Assembly (NCBI GenBank): GCA_002633005.1
Contig: NMRA01000062.1
Location: forward strand, 481,981-545,980
Direction: 5' to 3'
DNA from: Phoronis australis
Taxonomy: Eukaryota > Animalia > Phoronida
Length of the DNA stretch: 64,000 bases
Shown piece by piece: positions 36,321 through 50,307 of the stretch; position 1 is the stretch's first letter; the number at the start of each line of letters is the position of its first letter. Below the pieces are notes generated by a model. It searched no databases and was not told where the DNA came from. It was given only the letters and a program-made list of their open reading frames with translations. The position numbers and the translations under genes were made by a program.

Positions 36321-39104
36321 AACCCGGTCTAGGCCTGAATGACGCAGGCATACAGGGGCGATAGTGTATCCCCATAAAAAGTTACTCACTTCAAAATACA
36401 GCAAATAAAATCAAATGAAACATTCATATCTGCACATGGAGTTATAATGAAAACATACCCTGACTCTGGATACAATTTGTTTTACAAATAACTTGAACAT
36501 ATCCATGAAAACCTCGCGGTTCGCTCGAGTTTCTCTCATTGGGCGCCATTTTGAGGAAGTTACGTGAAATCACGTCTATTGAACAAAAAGTCCAAGGGAC
36601 ACAAATCTTACAAATTTCACTTGATATTTTCTCATGCTATTTTGCAAGTGTCACGCGTCAGGTCACGCGCCAGGTCTCGCGCTTGGCTCAGTCTTGCACT
36701 AGCCTTTGCCTCATACTCACCTGACTCAGTTGAAATACTTTGTGGTTATCGCGCTCCCGGTCAAAGTTAACAATAACCACAAAGTAGAGTTGAAATTCTT
36801 CGCCTAAATCATCTGAATTCCCGTAGCTATGCTTCGTCGAAGATATGTTTAGAAACAATTGATCACTGAAGAAAGTAAGCGCAGTTTAGGTGATAATTTA
36901 GGTGTAGAATGTAATTTTGACGAGGTGAAAACTTATCAATGAGCGGATTTCGCCTACGCCCGTTTAAAATACACGGGACGAAATTAGCACAGAACGCGAT
37001 AGAACGTATTGTAGTGCGAATCTGAATTTCACTTTCCATAACAGCAATGCTTGTTAGGCATTTTCTGAACTAAACGGCTAAAAACTCGAAGAAAATAACA
37101 GAATACACTCTGCTATCGTATTGAGCAAATGGCCAAACGACAAGCTTTTGCCCACTTCCCGTGACATCACAGTTAAGTCTCACATAACCTCCCGTCATTG
37201 TTATGAACTCGCAAAAGGACTATTTGCCACTTTTACTATGGCCTCAAAACTATAGTATAAGACACAAGGCAAGTAGCAGTGCCAAATCATTTATGTGACG
37301 TCATTGGTCCACTACCCATTCTAAGGCTATCCAAAACCTTCCAAGCTTCTAATGAGAATCAACTTAGAATTAGAGATTTCATATACTCAAATTGATAAAT
37401 ATTGTCAAATATCATCATTTCCTGGAAAATGGGTCATTTCCATTCAAAGGTTTCTCATCTTACAATCACTTTCCCATATAAACTGGACACATTTCTACAA
37501 AACTCTCTCAGGCACTGTCAAAGTTGGATGACCATGTTACTATAATTGCTTCTGAGTGACGTTCAGTCGAACCTTCTACGATGTAAAATAGTGTTTTTGT
37601 AGACACTTTGTCGAAGTTTAATCACCTAAGGCAGTGCGGTAATGCCTTTTTGTTTTATTGGGTACAAATAACACAAGGCGAGAGTTGTTTTGATGAAGTT
37701 CATGTGATGTGTGTTGGCAGTGGGTCACAGCTCTTTGGAGAAGTGGTGGTACGTACAAAGGTGCGACGAAAAAGGAGTTAACCGTTTAGGTAACAGATGA
37801 GTACGACAAAATCAAAAGGTACGCTGTTAGTGTGTACCAAGTGAGTACACGACACCAGATGGGTATCGGCCGATTGCCTACCAAATGGGCTCGAGCAAAA
37901 CGGCATTTACATGTACAGTTAAGTACCAGCAGGTGGGTACTGAAACTGTCAATTGGATTAAAATATAATATAGGCCTACTCTAACAGTTAAAAACATTTC
38001 AATAGAGCCAACAATTCTTGATTAACACGAACATGTTGTAGGTGTAAAAGTAAGTGAGATAGAGATGTGTCAAGTTCAGGAATCTCACAGCCTCTTTTTC
38101 GGGTATTGTAGGATACATGAAATATGTTCTGGTGCAGCAATTTTCATCGCAAGCTTCCTAAATTATTCCTTCTAATATCGAAAACTTTTACCACGGGTAT
38201 CAAATTCTTCCGCAGATTTAATGAATAAATGCGAGAAAAAATCGAATCAGCTTCTCCAACGTGAAACTTCCACAGCTTCGTAGAATATCACAGCCACCAC
38301 AAACGCAACGCCTCTCCATTCCTTGATTCTATAAACTACGGGAAAACGAGCAGCAACACACTAAACACACTGGAGGAGAACTGGAGTTGTGATTGGTTGT
38401 CCCGATTTTAAGTAGCATGTATCAACCAATAAATGCCCGTAACTAGAGATCAGCTAATTGACATGTCGTCTAATTTGACAGCTGTTGCAATATTGTTTGG
38501 TCGTTGATCATTCCACCAAATTTCGCAAAATGTCGGCCGAAATGTTGCAAAACTGAGATCTTTTACCCGCACACAGGTTCATGTCTGGTATTTGGGGTTG
38601 TGGAGTTTGGTCACGGAGTTTGTGGCATTTTTCGTGCGCGTGTGGTATATTACTGGATTTTAGAATCACCACCTGAAGATAAACTAGCTTGCCTTCTCCG
38701 CATTTGTCGGTCAACTCACATTTCCTTCGTGAGCCAACAACAGATTGCAATGCCTTGCTGATACCCAGTCGGATATATCTCCATATATATTATTTTCAGA
38801 TGAAAAAGCAGTTAATTGACCATTGGTGCTCTTGTGCCTCATTTCCTATGCTTCTAGATCATCACTCGTAAATTGCCGTTCGATGTGGCATCTTGTCGGA
38901 AGTAAAAGTCTAACGATGCAAAGTGACATGGCTCCGTGTCAGATTTGTCATTCAGCAACCCTAACTGCTACAATTAAGAGGACCCCGCACAAGTTAATCT
39001 CTTAACTCTCCATTTATTTAAAGAAATGTATGCTCAAAGGCAGTGCAAAAGTTTCGAATCGGTAAAAGACCGTATAACATCTCTTCCACTAGAGTCACAA
39101 TACT

Positions 39105-39400
39105 TTGTCGTTGGCCAAATGGGTGAACGTTACGCACGTAATTTAGGTGCGTAAGTTAATTCTTGATAGAGGCTTAAAGTAATTATTTACGACGTAAGGT
39201 AACTTGCAACGCCTCAAATAATTACTTACGCCGTAAAGTAATTATTAGTTTATGGCGTGAAGTAATTATTTGAGGCTTTAAAAGTTACTTAGGCCGCAAA
39301 TAATTACTTACACCGCGAATAATTACTTTACGCCTGTAACAAGACTTAACTTACACACGTAATTTACGTGCTTAATATTCACCCATTTGTCCAACGACAA
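39105..39400. repeat. Near-fully palindromic foldback element with internal AAGTAATTATTT subrepeats
   Basis: ttgtcgttggccaaatgggtgaa ... ttcacccatttgtccaacgacaa; arms pair almost to the centre. Confidence 0.8.
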
Positions 39401-39557
39401 TTCTTATGATTGTTCACGGCTGTGCGAGACTCTTAGACTAGCAACCTAGATGAACGATGTACTTACATTTCTTATATTCCACCTCAGGATGTACAGCAAT
39501 GGATGTCTACACTATGGGTGTGACCCCGGGGGACCTTGTAAGAGGCAAAATTGAACT

Positions 39558-40215
39558 AGATTAGATATTCGATGTACCGGCCAAAACAGTTCTAAAACGA
39601 ACAATCCGTATCACAGCGAACACCGAACGACCCATGACAGACAAACTGTAGTTGGGAAAGAGTCCGCCAGCACCCCAAAAAGGACCCCCCAAAATGAGCT
39701 AGCTCGTACATTCGACGTACCACAAAAATAATTCCATATGATTCAATACAGGCCACTTTCCCATGTCAGAGAAAATACACTATGTGTTGTGCCCGCCAGA
39801 AACCCCTAAACATATCAAAAACGGCATGCCATTGAGAACTGGAGCTAGATCAGATATTCGGGGTACCGGTCAAAACTATAATTTAAATCGAACAACTAAT
39901 AGTGCAGCACTTAACTCCGAATCACCCATGGCAGACAAGTTTCAGTCTAGAATGAGTCTACCTGAAACCCACAAATGACTTCCAAAAATGAGCTAGCTCA
40001 TACACTCGAGGTTCCACAAAAACAATTTCATATGATTCAATATATGCCACTGGCCACTAAATGGCCTATGACAGACAAAATACACTCTAGACTGTGCCCT
40101 CCAGAAACCCCCAAAAATCCCAGTCAATTGGCATGCCACTAAACACTTGATCTTATATATTCCTGGTACTGGTCAAAACTAATTTAAAACGAATAACGAA
40201 TCACACTGAACACAC
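39558..40215 (+). repeat. Diverged tandem repeat, ~290-bp unit x ~2.2
   Basis: Shared blocks gatattcg..gtaccgg.caaaac, aaaatgagctagctc, catatgattcaata and ccagaaacccc recur with ~290-300-bp period. Confidence 0.75.
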
Positions 40216-41879
40216 TGAATTTAAGTTCACAACATACATTAACCCGCGGAGCCGTTCAAAACACATCTAACTATAAATAATTTCCATTCAGTAAAACCTT
40301 GGTCTGATGACGTGTCAGAAGCTCTTGCAGAACGAGAGTTTGGTAACCTTCCTCCTACAAGAATGGCAGAAAAACGTAGGTGGACCAGTGGGTGGAAAAA
40401 AACATTTGCCGCCGATTTCATAAAGGGAATTTAACAAAACTTAAGACTTAAACCTGGTCTTCCTAAACCTGATCTAATTTCAGACCTCACTTGCATTTCA
40501 CCAACGTGGTTTAAAATTCTGAAAGCCTGGTTTTGTTAGACCAGATAGTGGGTTTAGTAAACCAGGTTTAAAGTATCCAAGACACCCTACTTCCAGTTAA
40601 TGTGACGTCACCGGAAGTAGAGCAAAACCCGCCGTATTGGTTTGCTTCGAGTCTTTGCTACACACGCTAAATCTTACTGGAGTTCTTATGGAGAACTTTT
40701 TGCTTAAAACGTTAGCACAACTTAAGAGATGGTCAATGGATCGTGGACGAACTGTGAATGGACGAAGAAAAGGTGAACTTGTTATGTTGTGCGAAGCTGC
40801 GAATGGACTGAAATTGGCAAGTGAAGAGCGACAAAGAAATAGCTTTCAAATGTATATTATTAGAGGGTAGGCCTGGCAATAACAACAGACGTATAGACGT
40901 CTTCATTATTCTTCAGACTTGAGAGCCTATGCAACACGGTTTTGATAAAACATTCACAGTACTGGAGTTGAGTTCAGTAGATTTTTCACGGCTACAAAAT
41001 CTAGCCAAAATCATATGTTCTCATTTAAAATATACAGAAATATCTCACGTAATCTCGCTAAGTCCTGCTTTTTAGCGAGGTCCTAGCATAAGTCCTAGCG
41101 TTACTGAACTCTACCTTAGTCTACATGCTATGACAGGGTGTGACGTCAAAGCAGCACAGTGGACAGGAAAGACAAAGTGAAGCCCACTGGAAATCTTAAT
41201 GAAAGACTCGGATGGAAGCTACATGATGTATGGTATACTCTTGAATGGCTGTGTTAATCTGCCCTTCCTGATATCCTTAATGAAGGTGCTGATCTCTTCC
41301 AAGAAAATCAAGCAGATCGGCGCAGTACAAAAATGGAGCGATGAAACAAGTGAGCCCGAATCAATTACCTGGAGTAGCAATAACGAAATTGACATTGAAG
41401 TATATTAAAACTAACCCGAGACTACTATAAACAAATATAAGCATTCCATAGTCGACATGCAGTTATTTGAACGTGCCTGTTGTTACAAGGTTATGTATTT
41501 AGATTTTAGCGATTTCTTAGCGTATGTCCTGGCGATACTGAACTCTACCCGGGAGTACATTGACCTGCCACTAGCGACCTTTCACCCCTCAGAAAGGTTA
41601 TAGGTCATCGCGGCGTCCTCTTTATTCCTGGTCGCCAGAAACATTCCTTGTCTGGACATTTGACGATATCTCAATATTTTGATACGAGTACTTTACATCC
41701 ACGTGCCTCCTGATTACTGGCTATGCCAAACTCGTGAAGACTACGCACCTGGCATTTACATGTTTTGTGTCGCTTCCTCTGGTCATGAAGCCTGTTTCCA
41801 GGTGGCCCTTTAGTCTGCATGATGCATTTCACGGCACTTACCTACTCGACTGGCCTCAGGTGATGTTTAGCTTGAATCA

Positions 41880-42030
41880 CATGGGCGGTGCACCATAGGG
41901 ATGGGGGAGGAGGAGGGGGCTCTGGCCGCCACCTTTTTCATGTCTGCGCCGCCCGTGGTCCACAGCCGGTGCACCACAAGGGGGCTTGGGGGCTATAGCA
42001 CCCACTTTTTCAGTGCTGTGCCGCCCATGT
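41880..42030. repeat. Short hairpin repeat atgggcggtgcacca..gcgccgcccat (two copies here; also 30711-30778 and 44686-44790)
   Basis: Repeated ~70-bp GC-rich unit with inverted ends. Confidence 0.7.
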
Positions 42031-45000
42031 TGAAGGGGGCAACGTAGCTGTCTCACTCCATACTGGCGATAAACTGAGCAGTAGTGGGTTGCAACACTTT
42101 CATAATGTTTCCGAAACTGACTCCAACGATTTAAAGTGTCTCATCTTTGACTTAATCAGCAATTTTAAAGTCACCGAAAAACTAACGTTTTGGGGTTGAT
42201 CGAGATTACGTAGGGCACTGGGTTCTAGGGGCGTTTCATTTTAAAACATTACGAGACACAGTTGCAGTTAATCTATTCATAATTTAAAACAAAATTGAAT
42301 GAACTTTTAAAACAATTGGCGACCCGTGCTCTGAACTCATCGGGAAATCACAGTACAAGTCAAGTCAAGCTGATCCATTGAAATTGGAAGTCATTGACTT
42401 GAGTAAACAAGGTAAATTCTTCTAAAAACATTAGAGTCTGCTGAAATTCCACAGTTCAATTTTAACAGTCAGGGATGACCAACAAGTGACATACGTTTTT
42501 TGCGTTTGCACTATTTTCGGGCGGAAGTTTCACTTCATTACAAAAATCAACAGATTTGTGACAGCTTAATCAATACAAGGGTACATTTCTCCTACCGAAA
42601 AGTGCTCTCGTTACATTTGTTCTATCATCAAACTGCGCCATTTTCGTCTCCTTCGTCACGCACGCTAGTGTAATCACTCGTGCCACCATTGTTAAGGTTA
42701 TATAGATTTTGTCTACCACAGTATAGATTTTAACTCACTAAAAGTCTATCTTTCCTAAAAGTAGGAAACCTGAAAAATTAGAATTTTTTTCTTAATACCA
42801 ATATGTTTAAAATTTGATCGCGACCATGTCTTTTTAGTGAAATTAGCTTCATGAGATCAAAAATATTTGCTTTAGACTGTGCCCATTAGGTTCTTTGTCA
42901 CTGCAGATTATTTACGTAAGGTGACTTATCAAGCTTAAATTTTCTTCAGCGTGACTTGATACTGTATCTTATTAAGGATGTTTTCTGACGCCCTGCTTTA
43001 GCACACCTGTGTTCAGAGAATCGGCCAACTGTGTGACTAGACCACCAGCGGCGTTATCATACACGATACATAGTATACATAGTAGACCCCCATGTGGTAA
43101 ACAACTTTGACTTGTAGTAAATTCCAACTAATGACCTCTCGACAAATATTTCCTCAGTGTCAGCCCGGTGCTCAATGTTAATGGATTAACTCGATTGGCC
43201 GATTAAAAGCGATGGCGTGGAGATAGCTGTGAATTCGCATTTCGGTGTTGTATAACTGACATGTTTTCCTAGAACAATACTGAAGCTTCATTGAACTGGA
43301 AATTCCATAGGGTATCTAGAAGTGTGATTACTATTTACGAATTGAAATTTCAGACAAAAATATTAGTCAGTTTTAAAGAATTCGTGGTTTCTTGACAAAA
43401 ATCCAAAAATCAAAGCTTTAATCATTGAGTCTTACTGTATGTACATGTATTAGTGTGGAAATCGTATTTCTTGCAAATAGATTCACTCTGTTAATTAATT
43501 TTGAAAATAATAAGTTGTTTCCGAAGCTGCACCTGTGTAAAGATTTATCCGCAATTTTAGTATTACTGCCCAGGTGTAATGCTGAAAGGTGATTTTTGAG
43601 TACAAATGTCGTTCTTTTTATCGCTTTTCGTTTGAATAATTGAATAACTATTTCTCGAAAAAATCTGAGTGACTCGTGTTACCGGGGAAGTAAAAGTTCA
43701 CTTTAAAGTAAATGTGCCAAACCTCGCTACCGTACTGTAGGCTTGTTGCATTTTAAGACTACGTGTCCTTGCTTATGGTTGTTGCAAACTTCTTACACTT
43801 GTAGAAGACAACCTAAAAGTTCACCGAACACAATCGTTGTCGCGTTAAAATGTGGAATTAAAATTTCAATGCTTGATAACATGATGTCCAATGGCAGTAA
43901 AATACTTGTGACTAATCTCCAGCCACTGTTTATTTTTTTAAATACACTACTTTACTTCACATCCGCATGGTCAGGTAAAGCAACATTTAACCATTGGTTC
44001 CTAGATTTAACCGATCAACCAAAGCAACCGGTTGTAATACTCGAGCTTAGAAAACAATGTTGTCAACTAACATTGAAAGTCGCCCAGTGATGCCAAACCT
44101 TTTTTGTTAACGTTTGTGTTAGCGCTTTTTATTGAAGCGAAGAAACCATTAACAGCCGGTTAATCGTTGCTTACCTGACCATTTGAATGAGATCATAATT
44201 AATCTTCTGGCTAGGCCGGGTAGCGGCTCTGCCATACAGTGTAGTTATATTTATTACAAATACTAGTGTTAAGAATAATATTAATGCGACGCAGTGTCAA
44301 CTTTAGCAGAACGGAGAGCGTGAATACAGCACAACCAGGCTGGTATGCAAAGTTGTAAAATTTCTCATGGCTTCCCCCAGAACTCTCCATTAATATTCAT
44401 TGTGTTCACAAATTGTCTTGAATTGTATGTTAGGATATGGTAATGTATGCCGACGACTCACCAATTTTTGTTTCTGTAAGATTTACAGGTATTCTTAATG
44501 TCATGTTACAGTCTGATTTAGCCAGCATTGAAGTCTGTTGTCGTGACGGTAGAACGATTGTTTGACGCCTCTAAGAAACTAAAAACACTATTGATAGACA
44601 TGTTTTAAAATTAGATCTCAAATTTTAGGAAATTATTTATGGAACACACAATTTCGGAGAAATTACGTGGTGTTAAGATCATGGACATAGGCGGCGCACC
44701 ATAGGGGGCTTGGAGAGCTATAGTCCACCACTTTTTTCAGTGCTGCGCCGCCCATGATCTGTGGGCGGTGCACCACAGGAGGTGGCTGGCGGCTGAGTGA
44801 CTATGTTTCTGAGGTTTCTCGAAAGTACGACGGGGTCTCGGACTTTTAAAACGTATTAACTGTTACCTTACTGGAGAGGGCGAATTGAGGAATTATAATT
44901 AGTTCCAGTGTGTTACCCCCTTTTTGTGTTGTACTGTGTGGTCTGGTTGCACAACCAATGAATTTGGTTTATAAGATTTTAAGCTTCCAAAGTAACAGTT

Positions 45001-46280
45001 GTCCCATTTGGCACTCCATCCTGTCACCGAGTTCAACTTGGATACCTATGTATAATTTTTATGAATTTAGACGGTTGTGTACGGTTTTTAAGTGCTATTG
45101 GTGTGATGCACAAAGAATACCTGACCAGAGATATTGTACCAATTCGCTCCACACATGGAGTAAGTATTCGTTTTACCTCACAACTTAACCTTCCGGTACA
45201 TAGACACAGGACAGTCACTGCTTTTTATGCAAGACATTTTTGTTTTTGCCATTGGGGAGTGGAATGATCTTTCTGACCACATTAAACGTATAACTACATT
45301 TAAACATTTTAAGAAAAGTTTGTCCAACCATCTTTAATCATTACTAACTTGTGTGTCTCTCGTATGACCTCGCGGCAACACCACTGGTATTTGTACATTG
45401 CTTTCCTCTTTTTATTTGAAATATCCATACTTAATTCAAATACTGTTTTTCAACTTTTCGTCATCATTTTCTTGTAAAATTCACTGCTTTGCCGTTATCA
45501 AATCCATTGTAATTGCTTCCCTTTCATTGTTTATATCATTGTTCAGTACCATGTTTGCTATTTGTATTTTTGTGAGGAGCATCTGGAAGATATTAAGCTT
45601 TTTTGCTTAAGATAATGTATCTCTTACCTTTAACACAAATAAATATTGTTTTAAAAAGAGGACGACTTGACTGGAGTGACTGCCAAATATGTAATGTAAA
45701 ATAGCAATAAGCTTTATTGCCTAAACTCAGGCGGAAACTCATTTTAACAAAAACTAACAAAGTAATTTCAATAACTTCACTTTAATGCTACATTAATCTG
45801 GAGACCACAAGATGAACTCAGACAAATTCAGTTTCATAACCTAAAACATCAGTTGCGAAGGTTTGTTAGAACAGACCTTAAACCGTTCGTAACATCGTTC
45901 ATAAATAAATACTGTTTTCCCCATAGACGTCATTGGATCGTCATCAAAAGAACTACTTTTCCACACAATTCGCCATTGCAATTCTACATTACTCATTATT
46001 CTGGAACTATTTACCTCAGTAAGAGACCTCAAATAACCTTTACAACTAGTAGCTAGGGCAATAACCATTGCTTGGTAATCAGTTTTTCAAGCATCACGCG
46101 TTATCTAATGGAAGGATGTTGGGTGGGTGTCGGAAAATGTGCAAAGCACAAAAAGCAGCATAGAATTTTACGGTCACCTGACAAGAAGACAAAATAAGAA
46201 ATATTGATATTATTATATGGCATAACTCAAAAAGTTCCGAGATTCATGCGTAATATCTCCTGACGAAATCCTGCAGGGCG

Positions 46281-46922
46281 TCATGCTGAGCTTGCGTTAG
46301 ACTGTGTTGACCGCCGGAAACGTGGACCACTAAAGAACGTGGCATCCACTCCATTGTCATGCGCAAATTTATTCAATCTGTCTATAGTCCACCTTCTCCT
46401 ATCAGGCAGCGGCATTCTATCCCTTTTTATGTTTTCCAACCCATTTCTGCTGTTACCATGTGCTTGTCCGTCCCAGTTGTTTAATGTCCTAACATGCAAC
46501 AGTCGCTTCCCAAACCTGCGCAGCATAGGATGGGAACGGTTAGACTGACCTCTGTCTTTAAACCACAAACTCAATTCCTTAAGAACATCTTCTGGGTAAC
46601 TGCGCTTAAGAGAGCGCCCCCAACGGTTTTTGCCTGAACCAACTCCGTGGGTGATCCCGTGTCTGTTTATCCACATAATCCGTTTCAATATGTCGTCGTC
46701 GCCTTTTCCGTAGTCATTGATTTGGCGACGCGGAACCAGGTGCCCTAGAATTTGTTTTTCATTGCCTTCCGAGTCTGCACTTTCTGAAAAGCTCTCACGA
46801 ACAACTTTCCACAAGTGCTCTCCAAGTTTCTGGTCTGTTACACCCTTGTCTTCTATTGCCAATGGTAACCCTTTCGCGAATGTCGTCAAAGCAACAAGAA
46901 GAGTAAGTAGTGACAGTTCCAT
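46281..46922 (-). CDS. Neuropeptide precursor (RFamide/RWamide; NPY/F-PrRP-QRFP-like peptides), 213 aa
   Basis: Signal peptide MELSLLTLLVALTTFAKG, acidic spacer, multiple KR/RR sites, amidation signals ..KNRW-G-R and ..MLRRF-G-KR, third unit ..SGPRF-RR. The ATG follows an acceptor directly (atatttcag|ATG). Confidence 0.9.
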   Translation of the reverse strand: MELSLLTLLVALTTFAKGLPLAIEDKGVTDQKLGEHLWKVVRESFSESADSEGNEKQILGHLVPRRQINDYGKGDDDILKRIMWINRHGITHGVGSGKNRWGRSLKRSYPEDVLKELSLWFKDRGQSNRSHPMLRRFGKRLLHVRTLNNWDGQAHGNSRNGLENIKRDRMPLPDRRRWTIDRLNKFAHDNGVDATFFSGPRFRRSTQSNASSA

Positions 46923-49575
46923 CTGAAATATGAGAGAGCATGAATTAATATTAGTTTACAAAAATTCACGAAAACCACGAGTTAAATACCAAGTGTATTG
47001 AACTAGATCAATTCGACACGACTGAGCTCAATTTTAATTTGACAGGATTTAAAGAAAGATTCAATTTAACCTACTTCCCGCAATGGTAACTCTATCTAGA
47101 ATTGCAGCAGATGGTTTTGCGGAGGAAGTTCTCCTTGCGTGTTGCAGGACCGAGGCCAATCCAAAGTTGTCCCGCTTTTTCTCGCCGAGAATTTCCCTTT
47201 AAGAATATTTGTAAACCTTTGTTTGGCTTCAAGAAATTAATATTTGCCTTATCTTCAAAAATTTGAAACTTTGAATTCACATTTGGTAAGATAGTCAAAA
47301 CTAATACAAAACTTAGGTCAAAAACTTCAAACTTAGGATCTCTTTCTTGAAATAGATTTGAGACTGACTGAAATTTAAGATTTGTCTTCATTTCTTAGCT
47401 AAGTCAGTTTTCTTTGAACGGGTCCCTTTGCCCGGGTGCATGAAACAGTCCCAATTAGGGACTCAAAATGAACAACTGAATTATCTTTTATTGGAACGTC
47501 AACAATTTGAAGAAAATAGTCAGTGATCGCATAAGTGCGCGTTCAGTTTCTTTATCTTTCCCCGAAAGATTAAAAATGTGTTCACACTTTGTATTTGTAC
47601 AAAAGTTCTGGAGCAAACCTACAGGCGTATCGCCGTATTGTTGTTTAGCGGAAGTGTTTGCACTGCGCTACAAAACATTCACAAAGGGAGCTGATTAGAG
47701 AAAAAAGAGTTCTCATTTGGGATTATTGTACAAAAAGTAATTTACTTCCGAAGTTAATCTAAAACTTTCTATCTTTTCCCACGCATTGTAAAAACGAGAT
47801 GAAAATTAGCAAATGTAACCATCACACAATTGCCTTAAGTACTTTTATCCATTAATTTTATTAAAAACGTCAAACTTGTCTTTTAGATTTAACCATCAAT
47901 TTCAAAATAATTATCTTTGACAGCGTTTAAGTTCTACAAAAGAACTGCAACTTGGTCTCCAATGGGCGATCAACTGCGCATTAAATTCATTTCCCAAATG
48001 TACACTTTGCAACTCTTATCAATAGATAGTTTACGCAAATTGGAAACTGACGTAAGAAGGCCTGTCGACGTAATGACAAATTGATTGTTTTAATGTTTTA
48101 ATTAAAAGGCGATGAATTAAAAATTTGTACGTATTAAAATACGACACAACTTCTAGTGACCAGCAGTTTTGTGGGTACTCTCAGGATGTAGTTATAATGA
48201 ATTTTGTCTTATTTACAAGAATTACGAAATATTATTTTCTTTCATTAGACGACATCTGCCAAGCAGTTTGTGTCAACCTAATTTTAGGACGGAAACTACG
48301 CACCTTTGCCTAACTTTATACTTGTGAACAAACTGTCTATAAATACATACCTTACATAAAGCTCAATGCTTATCCATTCAGGTATCGTGTATAATTACGA
48401 GTGACCACTATACCGTAATTCATTTGTTTTTATAAACAGGGCACAGGTGGAATACGGTTGATCTAAGTAATTGATATCGACAATGTTACTCACTTATAGA
48501 GATGATGATATTTGATAACTTAATCATATGTCGGTGGACGGAATCGATTTTTTAGTTTTACTTTTGACAACCAATTACATTATCATCCGAATTCGACTGT
48601 TCTCTCGTGCGTAGTTTCAATGCATGAAGTGCGTGTAATTTAATTTCGATTCAGTCCAAAATAACTGAAGATTGTGGCACAAATTTGATCCCCGGTTAGC
48701 TCAAAAAATTTTTCCTTCGCTTTCTAATTTAGATAAAACAAGACAAGTTTGACACTGCGCCTGAAAAGTGTATATTTTGGGTGTTGAATATTCAAATGCA
48801 CATCCAGCAAATATGAGTGTTCACAACATTTCTGAAATGAAAATAACGATGTTGGTAGTATTCCGATTAATATACACGTTTTTATAAAGCTCCCAGTGAA
48901 ATAACTCGACCAGAATAGGAACCACTCAAAGTTCGTGTCTATTCTGCTGTCGGAGATGTCCTGCTGTGAACCCGCGGGTTGATTTCAGCTCTAAATTTTG
49001 CATAGTTCGGCCGTCAGAATCTAGGCGGCGTGCCAATTTAAAGAGTGTTATCAGCTTTAAGGCAAAAACGCCTTGTTGGGATTATTTTTGGATGACTTCG
49101 TGACGTAATTAGCAACAAAACAACATCATCCGTTGTATTATTGCAATTTTATTACAAGTGAGCAATTTTCTCCACTGACGACCAGACATACAAAGAAACT
49201 AGAGCCGTCGACGTTACCACTTAAACGCCTTCGAAATAATCTGTCACTTATCAAGTGGGTGTTGCTCCTCCAGAAAAAAAAGTTTAACTGTGCCCGCGAG
49301 GTCGCGTACAGTTTCGATTTCGCGCTGAGACTAATCTCAAAAAAGCACTTCTCTTGTCGACAGTGCCACTTTAACGCATGCCCAGTAAACTCTGCGCAGC
49401 CAATTTTCCCTGAGCGTGACGTTAGACCATGCCGGTAGTGAAGGAGACCCTCGATCAGATCAATTTTTTGTCAGCCACCAACCCCCGGCTCCAGAAGGTT
49501 AGGGCTGTCATTAGCAATCACAAATGCGGCTGTCCTTTGATAGTTGAACTTTGTGGGTTTCTAAGTTCTTGCTAG

Positions 49576-49589
49576 GTAACCATAGCAAC
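49576..49589. promoter_or_regulatory. RFX X-box-like site
   Basis: GTAACCATAGCAAC matches the GTNNCC-AT-RGNAAC consensus; lies in the putative first intron of the neuropeptide gene. Confidence 0.4.
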
Positions 49590-50307
49590 AAGAAATCAAA
49601 CTAAACCCAACCCATTTATCTTTAACAACCATCCTTCCGAAGTACCATTGATCACGACACTCACTTTCCGAAGTCGTCACCTCGTGCACAAGTACACGCA
49701 GACCATGCCACCTGTCGGCCTTTTCACTAATGCTTTGAACACACCCAGGCTAGCACATGATATGTATACGCCTTTAACTTGATTTCAGTACAGAATACTA
49801 CATTCCTTATTATCATTTGACTAATTATTTTGTCACGCAATCACTGCAGAAAATAAATCTGCGTCACGCGCAACGGATTATTGGGCGTAGTGTCGCGGGA
49901 GGTGTCTCCCTACAGTCTCATCCTCTGATACATATAAAACGAACTTGATGGAATTTGGACATTGGGTATTTTTGCGGAAGGAACGTTTTCGAATTTTGAT
50001 CAATATAACCAATCCTTCGGTAAATAATGAATGTCATACTCGTTTCAATTTGAAACGATCAAGGAAAATTGAACTAAATGTGTACTAAATTCTAGCAGCG
50101 GTATTTTAATGCCGTCACGGCAATTGACATGGATGTATTATTGAAATTATTTAAATATTAAAATGATTAATCATGTTAGGAAGCATAGATCAAAATTCAA
50201 TTTAATTAAGCCGTATACACCCCTCCTTTCAAGTTTCACATAATCATAATAATTATTACATGAATTAATTCGGAATCACACATTTTCCGGTGTTGCCTTA
50301 CGCTTAC

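Noticed and set aside
37300-37620. Possible Crypton/tyrosine-recombinase remnant (CPVY motif, minus strand)
   Set aside because: Too short and degenerate to support without a profile search
35318-39400. Short repeats as a CRISPR-like array
   Set aside because: No unique spacers, no cas genes, eukaryotic context
41199-41408. ORF starting MKDSDG, like temptin B exon 2
   Set aside because: Opposite strand; no NGxELGD or cysteine pattern; coincidental
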